From the NCBI GenBank assembly GCA_963820825.1, contig CAWGBN010000008.1, positions 416,001 through 480,000 on the forward strand: a stretch of DNA of 64,000 nucleotides, written 5' to 3'. Made by a program: the position numbers and the translations under genes. The DNA is from Vulcanimicrobiota bacterium. GTDB taxonomy: Bacteria > Vulcanimicrobiota > Vulcanimicrobiia > Vulcanimicrobiales > Vulcanimicrobiaceae. Below, piece by piece: positions 27,976 to 37,882 of this stretch; position 1 is the first letter of the stretch, and every line of letters starts with the position of its first letter. The notes beneath the pieces were generated by a model. That model saw only the letters and a program-made list of their open reading frames with translations. It did not search any database and was not told the origin of the DNA.

Positions 27976-29064
27976 TTACGGGGCCAGGAACAGGTGCTGG
28001 AACTTGTGGCTGCAGTTGCTCGGTCCGCCAAGGCAGCGTAACGAGAGCTTCGGCTTCGCGCTTGATTTCATCGGCAGATCCCACACGTTGAGATCGCCGG
28101 TACCGGCGTCGAGCGTGTAGTAGCTGTAGCGGTACGTGTCGGCGGCGAGCGCGCCGATCAGCGCGTTGATGTGCGCGTCGGGAAATCGTCCCTCTGACGG
28201 AGGAAGGAACGGTTGCGGAAACTGGGCCGTCACGGTAACGGGCGGCGACGGCGGCGAGCCGGGCTTCGGCGATTGCAGTTGGCCGAAGTATTGACCCAGC
28301 AGGAGTCCCGGTGCATTTTGCGCGGTCGGGGGCCATTCGCTCGAATCGACGAAATCGGCCTGCGCCAGATCGAGGCCGAGCGAACCCGGTGGCCGCGCGT
28401 AGGGAAAACTGATCTTGAAGAGTCGCGAGCGCGGCGGGACCGCCGTGTTGCTCGCGTAGACGTAGAGCGCCGCATTGATATCGAAGCGTCCCTGCACTAG
28501 CGTCGTAAAGCCAGCGGTCTTTGAACCCGGCGCGCCAAAAATGATCGTCACCGCGGCGACGCTCGTCTTCTTGATCGGCGTGCGAAGCTCGGTAATCACC
28601 GGGCCGAGATCATTAAGCAACCACAGATTCTGATTCGGGTCGACTTCGAGATCGACGAGCTCGGCGCCGGATTGGCCCATGTTCGTGATCGCCGGGTTGA
28701 GCTGAAGTTGCAAGCGCGCGTGCGACCGCTCGAACGATACGATCGGCGGCTTGAAAAAACGAAGCTCGGTAGGACTCGCGATGACAACGTTTCCGTATTG
28801 ATCGACCGTGATCTGCGGCGCAACCCCAAGCCCCGGCCACTCGGTAAGCGTCCTCTCCGGCTTCGAATCTTGCTGGAGGGGCAGCCGGTACTGGTAGAGC
28901 GTCCCGTTATGGTCGACGTAGAGAAGTCGCGCCGCCGGCGTGGCGGTCGGTAACGGCGGCTGTGAGATCCCGATCGGCGCCGGACCGCTCGCGCCACAAC
29001 CTGAGACGATCGCTGCGATTGCGGCCATGGCGGCGAGGGTGACAAAAATCGTCGAGAGCTTCAT
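27976..29064 (-). CDS. Hypothetical lipoprotein (possible beta-propeller)
   Basis: Lipobox VSGC; last gene of the operon. Confidence 0.75.
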   Translation of the reverse strand: MKLSTIFVTLAAMAAIAAIVSGCGASGPAPIGISQPPLPTATPAARLLYVDHNGTLYQYRLPLQQDSKPERTLTEWPGLGVAPQITVDQYGNVVIASPTELRFFKPPIVSFERSHARLQLQLNPAITNMGQSGAELVDLEVDPNQNLWLLNDLGPVITELRTPIKKTSVAAVTIIFGAPGSKTAGFTTLVQGRFDINAALYVYASNTAVPPRSRLFKISFPYARPPGSLGLDLAQADFVDSSEWPPTAQNAPGLLLGQYFGQLQSPKPGSPPSPPVTVTAQFPQPFLPPSEGRFPDAHINALIGALAADTYRYSYYTLDAGTGDLNVWDLPMKSSAKPKLSLRCLGGPSNCSHKFQHLFLAP

Positions 29065-29804
29065 TCGTCGAGGCTTCCGAAGACCGGCCCGATGGACGTA
29101 CCGGACTTGGGATCAAAGAGGAAGAGCGAGAGACGGCTTGCGTTGTGAAATGGCAATGCGTTCTGCGAATCGAACGAATTGATTTGCGCGGGCACAGCAG
29201 TGCCGATCGGTCTCGGTGTACCGACGTAGCCGCCGAAATCGGAAACGCTTTTCCCCACCGTCACCGTGGCGAGGTTGCCGAATTTGGCGCTGCCGAGCTG
29301 CTTGAAGTTCGAGTCCGTAGAAACTTGGAAGCTGCCGAAGCTGGCTTGACGCATCGAGGGCGCGGCCGCGTAAAGAGAGAGCTGCGCGCTCCCGGTGCTC
29401 GCCGGTTCTTCGAACGCAAGCACCTTATAGTGCGGGTACGATCCTACCACGATCAACGTGTAGCGCTTCCCCGCGCTCAGCGCGGCCGTCTTCAGCGGAC
29501 CGACCGAATAACCCAACGGGTTGCGGGCCGTCAATGAGAGCGCGCCCGCCGTCACGTTAGTGAACGACGAGAACGTCCCGTATACGAACGGCGAAACGGC
29601 CGTCTGCGAGTTGGCTTGCAGGTACGCGTTGGTGCCGATGTCTTGCGGGTAGCCGTTAATCAGCGCTTCGAGCGAGGGCGCACCGTCGGCGTAGCGTACG
29701 CGCGCCGTGCCGGCTCGCGCGGGCATCGCGCTCGAGGACGAGCCCGAGCCGCCGCAGCCGGCGAGCGTGAGCGCTAGCGCGCAAATTGCGTGTAGAGTCT
29801 TCAA
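29061..29804 (-). CDS. DUF4397-like lipoprotein
   Basis: Lipobox LAGC, ARVRYADGAP, L.AGKRYTL. Confidence 0.7.
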   Translation of the reverse strand: MKTLHAICALALTLAGCGGSGSSSSAMPARAGTARVRYADGAPSLEALINGYPQDIGTNAYLQANSQTAVSPFVYGTFSSFTNVTAGALSLTARNPLGYSVGPLKTAALSAGKRYTLIVVGSYPHYKVLAFEEPASTGSAQLSLYAAAPSMRQASFGSFQVSTDSNFKQLGSAKFGNLATVTVGKSVSDFGGYVGTPRPIGTAVPAQINSFDSQNALPFHNASRLSLFLFDPKSGTSIGPVFGSLDE

Positions 29805-29824
29805 CCTTTTGGCATTTCGGTGGT

Positions 29825-29860
29825 GTTTACGCGCGCCGCACCGCTGCGGCGCGCGTAAAC
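29825..29860. terminator. Perfect 16-bp hairpin downstream of pstS (terminator or mRNA stabiliser)
   Basis: GTTTACGCGCGCCGCA-CCGC-TGCGGCGCGCGTAAAC. Confidence 0.7.
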
Positions 29861-29883
29861 GTTGCTTGCTGACTGTCCCGTAT

Positions 29884-31335
29884 CTACTGGAGGCAGGGGT
29901 GGTGATGGGTGGTTCCGTTGAGTGCTTTGAGGACCGCGCTGTGCATCGAGGCGTTGAAGGGAGCGTATTCGATGCTCTTCAGGTAAGTCGTTGCCGCCGA
30001 CGAGACGAGATACTTGATAAGGGTGGTCTTATCGGCGACGTGGATGCCGTTATTGTTGCCGTAGAAGTCTAGGTACGTAGGACCGACGATCGGGTACGTT
30101 CCCGACGGCGGATTATCGTAGAGGTTGGGCGGTAGGTAGAGCTGGCACCACGGCGTGCTGGAACCGAGCGGGTTGCCGTCGGCACCCCCGCCGTATTGAA
30201 TATGCGAGGCGGTGATTTTCTTCAGGGCGCCTGCGACGGCCGACCTGTTTGTCGGGCTTACGAAGATCGCCGTACCACCGGCGCCACCGTTTTGCAGGAG
30301 CGCCTGACCGACCTTCGGGCTGGCCGAGGCCGCCCAGGCGCCTTCCACGTAACCCGTGGCGTAAGGCGTTGATTGAATGGCCGCGAGCACGCCGGGATTG
30401 CCGCTTTCGCCGATGAAGTTGCTGCCGCTGGCCTGCATGCCGTTCGGACCCGGCCAGAGCTGGTTGATGCCGAAGGTCCACGCTGCGCTGCGGCTCGGCG
30501 AACCGTACGGGGGCGCGTTGTACGGCGCACCGAAACTGCCGTTACAGAGCGAGTTGTAGTCAGTCGTAAGAACGAACGTCGTGCCGCTCTTATCGGAACG
30601 GTAGTAGAAGGTAATCGGCTCGGATTTGCCGCCGGTCACCGACTTGCCGTTGTCGGCCGTGATCGCCCCATCGTTCCAGTTGCCGATGGTTCCGTTGGCG
30701 ATCGCGCAGTAAGTCCAGGTGGAGAGTTGAATCTGCTTGTTGACCGCCTTGAAGTCACCCGGCCGGAAGCCGTAGGCGATCGGGCCCCCGAAGACCGGGA
30801 TTTCGAAGGGCTGACCCCAGGTTACGGATCCCGTCAGACGGCCTTTGTAGTAGGTCGTGCCCGAGGTGCAGCACTCGGTCGACGCCATCGCCGCGTCGCT
30901 GCCGGCGAAGTCGGGAGGATCTTGGCGACCGCCGAGGCCTGTCGGCGACGCGCCGAGCGGCGCGCAGGGATCCGTCGTCGTGCCGTTATTGCTTTCGAAT
31001 GCGGCGCGGCCGAATCCGCTGCCGGTTAAGCAGTAGTAGATCGTTCCCGTTCCGCCATAGTTGGCGAAGAGAGAACCTGTCCCGGGCGGCGGTTGCGGAT
31101 CGGTGTATGAGCCGACCGGTTGACTTCCGAGGTTGTAGGCGTACGCTGCGAAGGTGGAGCCGCCCGCATGGAGATCTTGCGGGCCGTTGTCGTCGTGGCG
31201 GATGCGGGAGTGCGACGCCGGCGTGTTCGGAATCGCGGATACGCCCGCACCAGATCCGGCCGTGCCGCCATTACAAGCGCTCAAAACGAGCGCCGGGATG
31301 GCTGCCAAGGCCAGCGTAGCGAGAGTGTTTTTCAT
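29884..31335 (-). CDS. pstS: PstS-family phosphate-binding lipoprotein
   Basis: Lipobox LSAC, GGSTF, TGSGFG, DFAGSD, RSDKSGTT, GNPGV, GYVE, YPIVGPTY. Confidence 0.85.
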   Translation of the reverse strand: MKNTLATLALAAIPALVLSACNGGTAGSGAGVSAIPNTPASHSRIRHDDNGPQDLHAGGSTFAAYAYNLGSQPVGSYTDPQPPPGTGSLFANYGGTGTIYYCLTGSGFGRAAFESNNGTTTDPCAPLGASPTGLGGRQDPPDFAGSDAAMASTECCTSGTTYYKGRLTGSVTWGQPFEIPVFGGPIAYGFRPGDFKAVNKQIQLSTWTYCAIANGTIGNWNDGAITADNGKSVTGGKSEPITFYYRSDKSGTTFVLTTDYNSLCNGSFGAPYNAPPYGSPSRSAAWTFGINQLWPGPNGMQASGSNFIGESGNPGVLAAIQSTPYATGYVEGAWAASASPKVGQALLQNGGAGGTAIFVSPTNRSAVAGALKKITASHIQYGGGADGNPLGSSTPWCQLYLPPNLYDNPPSGTYPIVGPTYLDFYGNNNGIHVADKTTLIKYLVSSAATTYLKSIEYAPFNASMHSAVLKALNGTTHHHPCLQ

Positions 31336-31370
31336 GTAAGGGTATCCTCTTTGCTTTCGGTTGGAGTGCA

Positions 31371-33344
31371 TCAACGGGGGTAAGCCGGACGGGCCTTGGC
31401 CTGACCGGAACCTTTAGTGATAACGAGGGCGATCGGCGCGTTCAAGCCCGTAGCCGAGCCCGAAATCGTTAACGATGGCTTGACGCTTCCGTTTTTGCTT
31501 GATGGGAATGCATCGATCGCATTGTTGAAATCGTCCGCGACGAAGAGCGTCGCGCCGTAGAGAGCAATCGTCGGGAAGAACGGCACGAGCGGATTGCTCT
31601 GATTGACACACGATGGATTAGACGTAAAGACGCCATCGAGCGTCAAGACGCGCAATGGGGCTTCGCTGGGCTGGCTCCCGCCTCCCGAGCCTGACGCAAA
31701 TACGTTCGTGCGTCCCTGGCACTCGGGATAGCTGCTCTTCGTGAACTCTTCGAGCGAATTGGCGATGAAAACTTCGGAGTTCAGGCTAAGCGCGACGTCC
31801 GTCGTTAGTCCGGGCGTGAGTTCGGTTTTGGTGTTCCAGGGTATCGTGCGCGACGGATTCACGGCCGGTTTGTTATAGTCCGAGGCCGGGGCAATGAAGA
31901 GGCCGTAGACCGGGCCGAGCGTCGAGTGGAGTGCACCGTTGACGTAGAAGTTGCCGGCCGCATCGAGCGTTAGTCCGGTTGGACCTGCATAGCGAATCTC
32001 CGGCGATAGGAACTCCCACGCATTTGCCGGCGCCGCAGCGCCCGAGCTTCCCGGCGCATAGATCAACACGGCGTCGTTACCGCCGTTGCCGTCAAGGTTC
32101 GTGGCGCCGTACGTCACCAAGTCATCGGATGTATCGAAAGCCATATACTGCGGGAAGAGCGCCGTCTTCGTCGATTTGTCGGCGGTCAACACCGCGGTCG
32201 GCTGCGAGTTGCCGCTGGCATCCGGGGAGTAAATAGCCACCTCGTTGCCCGCATCCGGCTTGCCGCTCGACGGCGAGAAGCCTTCCTGATTGTCGAAGTA
32301 ACCGACGTAGAGATTGTTGTTCGAATCGACCGCGATGCTGCGCGCGTAGAGCTTCGAGTCGAGTTGAAGCGTGCGTACGGGCGCGGCATTGCCTTTCGCC
32401 GAGCCGTCATACTCGGTGACGGTCGCGTCTTGGCCGTCACTCGTCCCGAGGTTGAGCGCGTAGATCGTGCCGACCGGGGGCGGCGGCTGTTTGCCGCGCA
32501 AGGTAAAGGGCGCCTTTGCGCTTCCCGCGCTAGGGCCATCGATCGCTGCCTGAACCGTGACCGATCCGGCTTGTTCGTAGCCGTCATACGCCAGGGTAAT
32601 GCCCGAAGTTGGCTTTTCGATCGTTAGCTGCGTTCCGGAATGGCCGCCCGCGTGCAGCAGGAAGGCGTTGTTGGTGTCACCCTGGATAGAGAGCGCGATC
32701 GGCGAGGCGAATTTGCTCGGGCCGATGATCTGCGCGCCGCTCGCGTCGTACGCCGCCAGCGTCACGTCTGATTTTACCGGCGTACCGCGCTTGGCGTGGT
32801 TCGGTACGAGGGCTAGCCCGAGCGATGCGATGATGCCGTTGAGGGTTAGCGATAGCTTGTTGCTAATTTGCACGCCGCCGCCGCCCGCGGCGATCTGGGC
32901 CCGCACGCTGCCGACTGAAAGAACTGCGCCGGTTGCGTTGGTTCCCTCATAGGTCGTCACCGAGAATACGTCGTTGCCGGGCGATCCGGACGCCGTCGCG
33001 GAGCAGACGGTACCGCCGCTCTCGAGCTTGCAGCCACGCGCCTCTGGGACGGTATTGATCGTCGTCGGATTGACGCCGGTGACGCCGCCGCCATCAACCG
33101 ACGTCAGCTGAATCACCAGGGATTGCGTGTTGACGGAAATATAATCGTGCCGGATTCCGCTTCGGCTACCACCCGATGGGACCGTGACGACGACTTTGAC
33201 GTCGACGAGTTTCGTTGGCGGCGGCCCCGAACCGCCGCCGGAGTTCACGACCGATCCGAGAGGCAGTCCGCCGCCTCCGCCACACGCTGTCAGCAGACAA
33301 ATCACGCCGGTAGCAACGGTGCGATTCATCGCAGGGCGAATCAT
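31371..33344 (-). CDS. Lipoprotein with NHL-like beta-propeller C-terminus
   Basis: Lipobox LTAC; repeats IAVDSNNNLYV, GLTLDAAGNFYV, ISGSATGLNAP. Confidence 0.75.
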   Translation of the reverse strand: MIRPAMNRTVATGVICLLTACGGGGGLPLGSVVNSGGGSGPPPTKLVDVKVVVTVPSGGSRSGIRHDYISVNTQSLVIQLTSVDGGGVTGVNPTTINTVPEARGCKLESGGTVCSATASGSPGNDVFSVTTYEGTNATGAVLSVGSVRAQIAAGGGGVQISNKLSLTLNGIIASLGLALVPNHAKRGTPVKSDVTLAAYDASGAQIIGPSKFASPIALSIQGDTNNAFLLHAGGHSGTQLTIEKPTSGITLAYDGYEQAGSVTVQAAIDGPSAGSAKAPFTLRGKQPPPPVGTIYALNLGTSDGQDATVTEYDGSAKGNAAPVRTLQLDSKLYARSIAVDSNNNLYVGYFDNQEGFSPSSGKPDAGNEVAIYSPDASGNSQPTAVLTADKSTKTALFPQYMAFDTSDDLVTYGATNLDGNGGNDAVLIYAPGSSGAAAPANAWEFLSPEIRYAGPTGLTLDAAGNFYVNGALHSTLGPVYGLFIAPASDYNKPAVNPSRTIPWNTKTELTPGLTTDVALSLNSEVFIANSLEEFTKSSYPECQGRTNVFASGSGGGSQPSEAPLRVLTLDGVFTSNPSCVNQSNPLVPFFPTIALYGATLFVADDFNNAIDAFPSSKNGSVKPSLTISGSATGLNAPIALVITKGSGQAKARPAYPR

Positions 33345-34540
33345 GGATAAACCTTCGTGAGGAGGTCGGAGGTCGTGACGTCGGCTTGTCCGCTGGGGCC
33401 TTTGATCAGCGGCAGTTGCGAGAGGTTCTTGGGATAGGAGGCCTCGAAGGCGGGATAGTCGACGCCCGCCGCATAGACTTCGTACGTTTGCTTCGGACAG
33501 ATCGTCGGTGATTTCTGTCCCGATTGGGTGAGCGGTCCGATGTCGTCGGGCAACGCGAGACCTTGTGCGCCGGCCTTATGCGTAACGACGGTGTAGAACG
33601 CATCATTTTGATGGGACGACTGGACGCAGGCGGGTTGCCCGCTGCCACCCAGCGCGCGCACAACCACCAGCGCCTCGCTCGTACCAGGTGGAGCGTCGAC
33701 GTTAATGGTTCCGCCCCCCTTGCGATCGGGTGTGAACGACGGAGTCGCAAATTGCGGGAGCGGCGTCAGATTGGTGAGCTGTGCGCCGGTCGCGAGAATT
33801 CCCGGCGGGGGCGTTGGGGTGCCGTTGGGACCTGGTGAAGGCGTTGGATCTTGCGGCGTGTCGTAAGCCGGCGGCACCGCGGCGTAGAGATTGTACTTAC
33901 CGACAACCGGCGCGACGGCGAAATCGGTGAAGCCGAGCGAATACCCTTTCCATCCTAGCGCGATGACTTGCGGACCCTCGGCCGGATAGGCCGGCGGTCC
34001 GCCGTACCAAGACTCCTCGTTGTCGCCGTAGATCGGAAGATTGTAGGAAACGAACAACGGTGTCGTGCCGTTCCCCGGCCCCGAGTCGGAGTTGCACGCG
34101 CAGAGCCCGTATCCGAAGGCACCGCTTGTGGAGCGCTTCAAGCCACCGGGTGCCGGCGGAACCCATTGCGTTTGATTGAGCGTCCCCCAGGTGATATGGT
34201 TGCTGCCAAAATCCGAACCCGCCGATTGAACGTCGCTGCCGGTCTCGGTCGAGGTCAGCACGTTGAAGCTGCTGGGACCGATGATCATCGGCACGTTGTA
34301 CAGCGTGCCCGAGAGCCCGTCTTTCTGACGCAGCGTTTCGACGATATTGAGCCCGTAGGCGACGCTCAGCCCGCCATTAAACGACATCGTCGCCACCCCA
34401 ACGGCGAACTGCATCTTGCTGGTCGCTGCCGGATCGAGCGACGTCACCGTCGGCTCCGACGCACCGCCATTGCCGCAGCCGACGATGACCGCGGCAGCGA
34501 CGGCCGTGCCGAGCAGTCCAAAGCCAAGTCGTACGTTCAT
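33341..34540 (-). CDS. Hypothetical lipoprotein
   Basis: ATG at 34540 overlaps the receptor stop; lipobox IVGC. Confidence 0.75.
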   Translation of the reverse strand: MNVRLGFGLLGTAVAAAVIVGCGNGGASEPTVTSLDPAATSKMQFAVGVATMSFNGGLSVAYGLNIVETLRQKDGLSGTLYNVPMIIGPSSFNVLTSTETGSDVQSAGSDFGSNHITWGTLNQTQWVPPAPGGLKRSTSGAFGYGLCACNSDSGPGNGTTPLFVSYNLPIYGDNEESWYGGPPAYPAEGPQVIALGWKGYSLGFTDFAVAPVVGKYNLYAAVPPAYDTPQDPTPSPGPNGTPTPPPGILATGAQLTNLTPLPQFATPSFTPDRKGGGTINVDAPPGTSEALVVVRALGGSGQPACVQSSHQNDAFYTVVTHKAGAQGLALPDDIGPLTQSGQKSPTICPKQTYEVYAAGVDYPAFEASYPKNLSQLPLIKGPSGQADVTTSDLLTKVYP

Positions 34541-37500
34541 ATCGTCACCTGGTAGTAGAGGCGGAACGAGATCGGCGGTTCGTTGGGATAGGTCAGATAC
34601 GGCTGGTTGCCGTGCGCGGCGAGATCGGGGGGCGCATAGGGCGCCGTGGAATACGTGCACGGCGCGTTACCGCTCGCGAGTCCGGTGCTCACCGGAGATC
34701 CGTAGCAGCCGTTATAGACCGGCACGTTGTAGAGCTCGTTGAAGAGATTGACGATCTGGATTCCAAAGACGGATTGCGCGATGCTGCGCGTCGGCGGCCG
34801 GTACTCAACGGTGAGATCGGCATCGACCCGCGGCGTGGTGAGAAATCCGCCGGGTAAGCCGCGCTCGGCAATGCCGCGCGTCGCCGCGATGTTGGGCTTG
34901 GTGCAGGTGCCCGGATCGAGCGGATCGATGTAGCCGGGCGTATCGGAGTAAATCGTGGCCAGCGCGGTGTTGGGAACGATGACCGGGATCCCGTTGCAGT
35001 AGACCGCCGTGAAGTAGCCCGCGCCGTAGGGATAGCCGGAGTTGGCGTAGATGACGGGATTGAAGCGCCAGCCGTGGCTGTTCTTGTAGTTGAAGGCCGC
35101 GTTGAGCTGAAAGGGCGAAAGATCGGGCGAGCGATAGACGGTCCCCAAAGCCAGCGCCGCCGGTTGCAGGAACGTTCCCGGCGGTTCGTTGCCGAATTGG
35201 CTGATATAGGTGGCGCCGATCTGCCAAGAGAGGCCCAGTGGAACTTCCTTGTTGTAGAGTGCCTCGATTCCCATAGCCTTTTGAATGCCGAGATTGGAAT
35301 ATTGCACGTCGCCGAAAACCGGCGAGCCCGTCTGGTAGTTGAAACCAATGATCTGCGCAGTCTGCTCGATGACGTTGTAGCCGCGCCGGTAGAACGGCGT
35401 CAGTTTGATCGCCGAACCATCGCGAAACTCGTGCGCCCAAGAAAAGTCGATGTTGGTAAACGTCGCCCCCACCAACGGCGCCTCGAGCGTCGAGCTGCCG
35501 AAACGGTAGTCGCGCGTGAGCCAATAGAGTTGATCGGCGTAACTGCCGCAGGTTTGATTGGCCAGCGGTCCGCAGTACTGCGCCGCTTTTCCCGTTGAGT
35601 TGTCATACGATGGAATGGTGTTGAAGGCGGTATAGGGCGCGCGGCTGACATCGGCGCCGATCAGACTGGGCAGCGGCATCGAGAGCGTGTGCCCGAAACC
35701 CACCCGAAACGTATCGCGCTGATCGGGGATGTAGGTCGCGTCGAGATGGGGTTCGTAGAGACGCTGATGTTCGGCCGCCGGGATCGTGGCGGGAGCGCCT
35801 GCTTGCGTCGGAATCAGGAAGTTGTAGCCGTCTAAGCGTAATCCGGCCTCAGCCTTCCAGCGATCGCTCATGTCGACGGTATCTTGCAGATAGGCGCCGT
35901 ACTGTTGCTGCGTGACCGTTTGAACGTCTTCCTCAAACGGAAAGCGCACGCCGCCGGGAAACCACGCGTTCAAATATCCGCAGTTACTCGTCAAGCGCAC
36001 TTGCGCGCAAAACCCCGGCGAGAAGAAGTCTTGCTCTAGGCCTTGCTGCGCTGCCGGGTTGTTGTTCGGCAGCAGCCCGGTGTACGTATAGGGCAACGGC
36101 AGCGGCTGCAGCGGATGCGTGATCGGATAGGTGATGATATACGCCGGCGTCGTCAATGCAGTGTACGACGTAAAGTCGTAGCGATCGCCGTAGGGCTGCA
36201 CGTACTCGTAAAGGCCGCCGTACTTGAGCGTATTCTTGCTGCCGATCTGCGTCGTACCGTCGAGCTGCCCCGCCGTGCGCGAGCCGCCGTAGGGATTGGC
36301 GTAGATCCCTTGGGCCGGCATGATCTGCGACTGATCGCTCCAGGTGCGCCAGTAGCGCGTGGTCAGCAGCGTGCTGCCGCCTACGTTGATCCCGTACTCG
36401 AACTTATAGGCCAGAAACGGGCTCTTGCGCTCGTCGGCCTGCGAAACGAACGCATAGGTATTGGGCTGACCCGGAAAGAGCGGAAGCAGATTGTCGCAGG
36501 CATAGTTCTGCTGCAGGCTGTTGATCGGACCGTTGGGACCGACGATCGGGTAGGGTGCGCACTTGCCCGCGGTGGTGCCGCCCGAGATGTAGGGCAGATA
36601 CTGGAAGCCGCCGTAGTCGAGCGTCTGATCGATCGACTGGTCTTGGATGAAGAACTGCAGCCGCTGGTTGTTGTTCTTACCGAACCGGTAGATCAAGTTA
36701 TCGAGAAAGTCGTTCGACGCCAAGAACTGCGGCGAGTAGTAGACCAAGTTGGGATCGATCGTGCTGCCCAAGGTCGATGCGTTGGTCCCCAGCGTCCCCA
36801 GCGTGTTGGCCGCCGTGCCCGCAATCCCGTACTGAAAGGACCGGCGAATCCCGATGAACCCGGCATAGTTGGAGAGCCGCTGGCTGGGATCGGCCCAACC
36901 CCATTCCAAGCCCAGTTGGTGCAGGTAGGGAAAGAGCAGCGCCTCGGTATCGACGTGCAGATAGGTCGGGTAGGTGCCGTTCTTGGCGGTAAAGAGCACC
37001 AGGCCCGTGCCGGTGTCGCCGTGGGTTGCGTCGCCGGCACCCGGAATCAACTGCACGCCGCCCACCCCGTTGAGCAGGTTGAAGTTGCCGATGTTCTGCA
37101 GCGTATTCTGCAGATTGGCCGTCGGTGTCGTGTAGTCGATCCCCTCGAACTCATAGGCGGCCTCAAAAGCAAAGCCGCCCCGAATCGAGACCGTGCCGGT
37201 CTTATCGATCGTGACGCTGGGAATGCTGCGCAGCAGATCTTCCTCGCGCGCGTTGAACGATTTGCCCATCACCGTCTGAATCTGCGCGCCGGTCACCGTG
37301 TAAGTATCGATCGTCATCCCGTGCTGAAAGGCGCTCCCGGCACCGCGCGCATGGGTCGTCGCGATGATCTTGAGCGTCTTGGAGAGCGCCACCGGGATCG
37401 CTTGCTGCGAGCCGTTGAGCACGACCACGGTATTGGCGTAGGGCAGATACCCGCTGTGGGTCACCGAGAGCGAGTACGTGTCGGGCAGCACCGAGAGAAA

Positions 37501-37776
37501 GCGAAAGGTGCCCTTGGCGTCGGTGACCGTCTTATACGTGCCGCTGGGCGATTTGACCACCACCTGCGCACCTTCGATCGCCGCGTGACTCTTGTCGTCG
37601 CTGACCGTGCCCGAAATAATCCCGCCCGTCTCGGCGAGCACGCGTGCGTGGGATAGGGCCATGCAGCAGAACAGAAAAAAGAAGACGCGCTTCTTGACCC
37701 GGAGCAGGCTCTTGATCAAATTCGACTTCGACTCCCAGCAGCAACAAGAGTCTACGGTTCTACCGAAGCTCTCCAT
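34537..37776 (-). CDS. TonB-dependent receptor-like outer-membrane protein with N-terminal carboxypeptidase-regulatory-like domain (start may be TTG 37719)
   Basis: Signal peptide, G.ISGTV.D..TDAKG.F, plug LLRSIPSV..SIRGG, YLQDT..W..EAGLRLD, NLFN, C-terminal YYQVTI. Confidence 0.85.
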   Translation of the reverse strand: MESFGRTVDSCCCWESKSNLIKSLLRVKKRVFFFLFCCMALSHARVLAETGGIISGTVSDDKSHAAIEGAQVVVKSPSGTYKTVTDAKGTFRFLSVLPDTYSLSVTHSGYLPYANTVVVLNGSQQAIPVALSKTLKIIATTHARGAGSAFQHGMTIDTYTVTGAQIQTVMGKSFNAREEDLLRSIPSVTIDKTGTVSIRGGFAFEAAYEFEGIDYTTPTANLQNTLQNIGNFNLLNGVGGVQLIPGAGDATHGDTGTGLVLFTAKNGTYPTYLHVDTEALLFPYLHQLGLEWGWADPSQRLSNYAGFIGIRRSFQYGIAGTAANTLGTLGTNASTLGSTIDPNLVYYSPQFLASNDFLDNLIYRFGKNNNQRLQFFIQDQSIDQTLDYGGFQYLPYISGGTTAGKCAPYPIVGPNGPINSLQQNYACDNLLPLFPGQPNTYAFVSQADERKSPFLAYKFEYGINVGGSTLLTTRYWRTWSDQSQIMPAQGIYANPYGGSRTAGQLDGTTQIGSKNTLKYGGLYEYVQPYGDRYDFTSYTALTTPAYIITYPITHPLQPLPLPYTYTGLLPNNNPAAQQGLEQDFFSPGFCAQVRLTSNCGYLNAWFPGGVRFPFEEDVQTVTQQQYGAYLQDTVDMSDRWKAEAGLRLDGYNFLIPTQAGAPATIPAAEHQRLYEPHLDATYIPDQRDTFRVGFGHTLSMPLPSLIGADVSRAPYTAFNTIPSYDNSTGKAAQYCGPLANQTCGSYADQLYWLTRDYRFGSSTLEAPLVGATFTNIDFSWAHEFRDGSAIKLTPFYRRGYNVIEQTAQIIGFNYQTGSPVFGDVQYSNLGIQKAMGIEALYNKEVPLGLSWQIGATYISQFGNEPPGTFLQPAALALGTVYRSPDLSPFQLNAAFNYKNSHGWRFNPVIYANSGYPYGAGYFTAVYCNGIPVIVPNTALATIYSDTPGYIDPLDPGTCTKPNIAATRGIAERGLPGGFLTTPRVDADLTVEYRPPTRSIAQSVFGIQIVNLFNELYNVPVYNGCYGSPVSTGLASGNAPCTYSTAPYAPPDLAAHGNQPYLTYPNEPPISFRLYYQVTI

Positions 37777-37882
37777 GCAAGATGCTAATCGTTAGCGGGT
37801 TATGGCTGCATCCCGGGAATGCGCGAATGGTTAAGGCATCGGCAACGCGACTTTATCGAATCATAAGGAAATTCGCCAAACC

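Noticed and set aside
37780..37880. Pho box upstream of the TonB-receptor/pstS operon
   Set aside because: TAAC-like pentamers are present but not in a convincing 11-bp phase.
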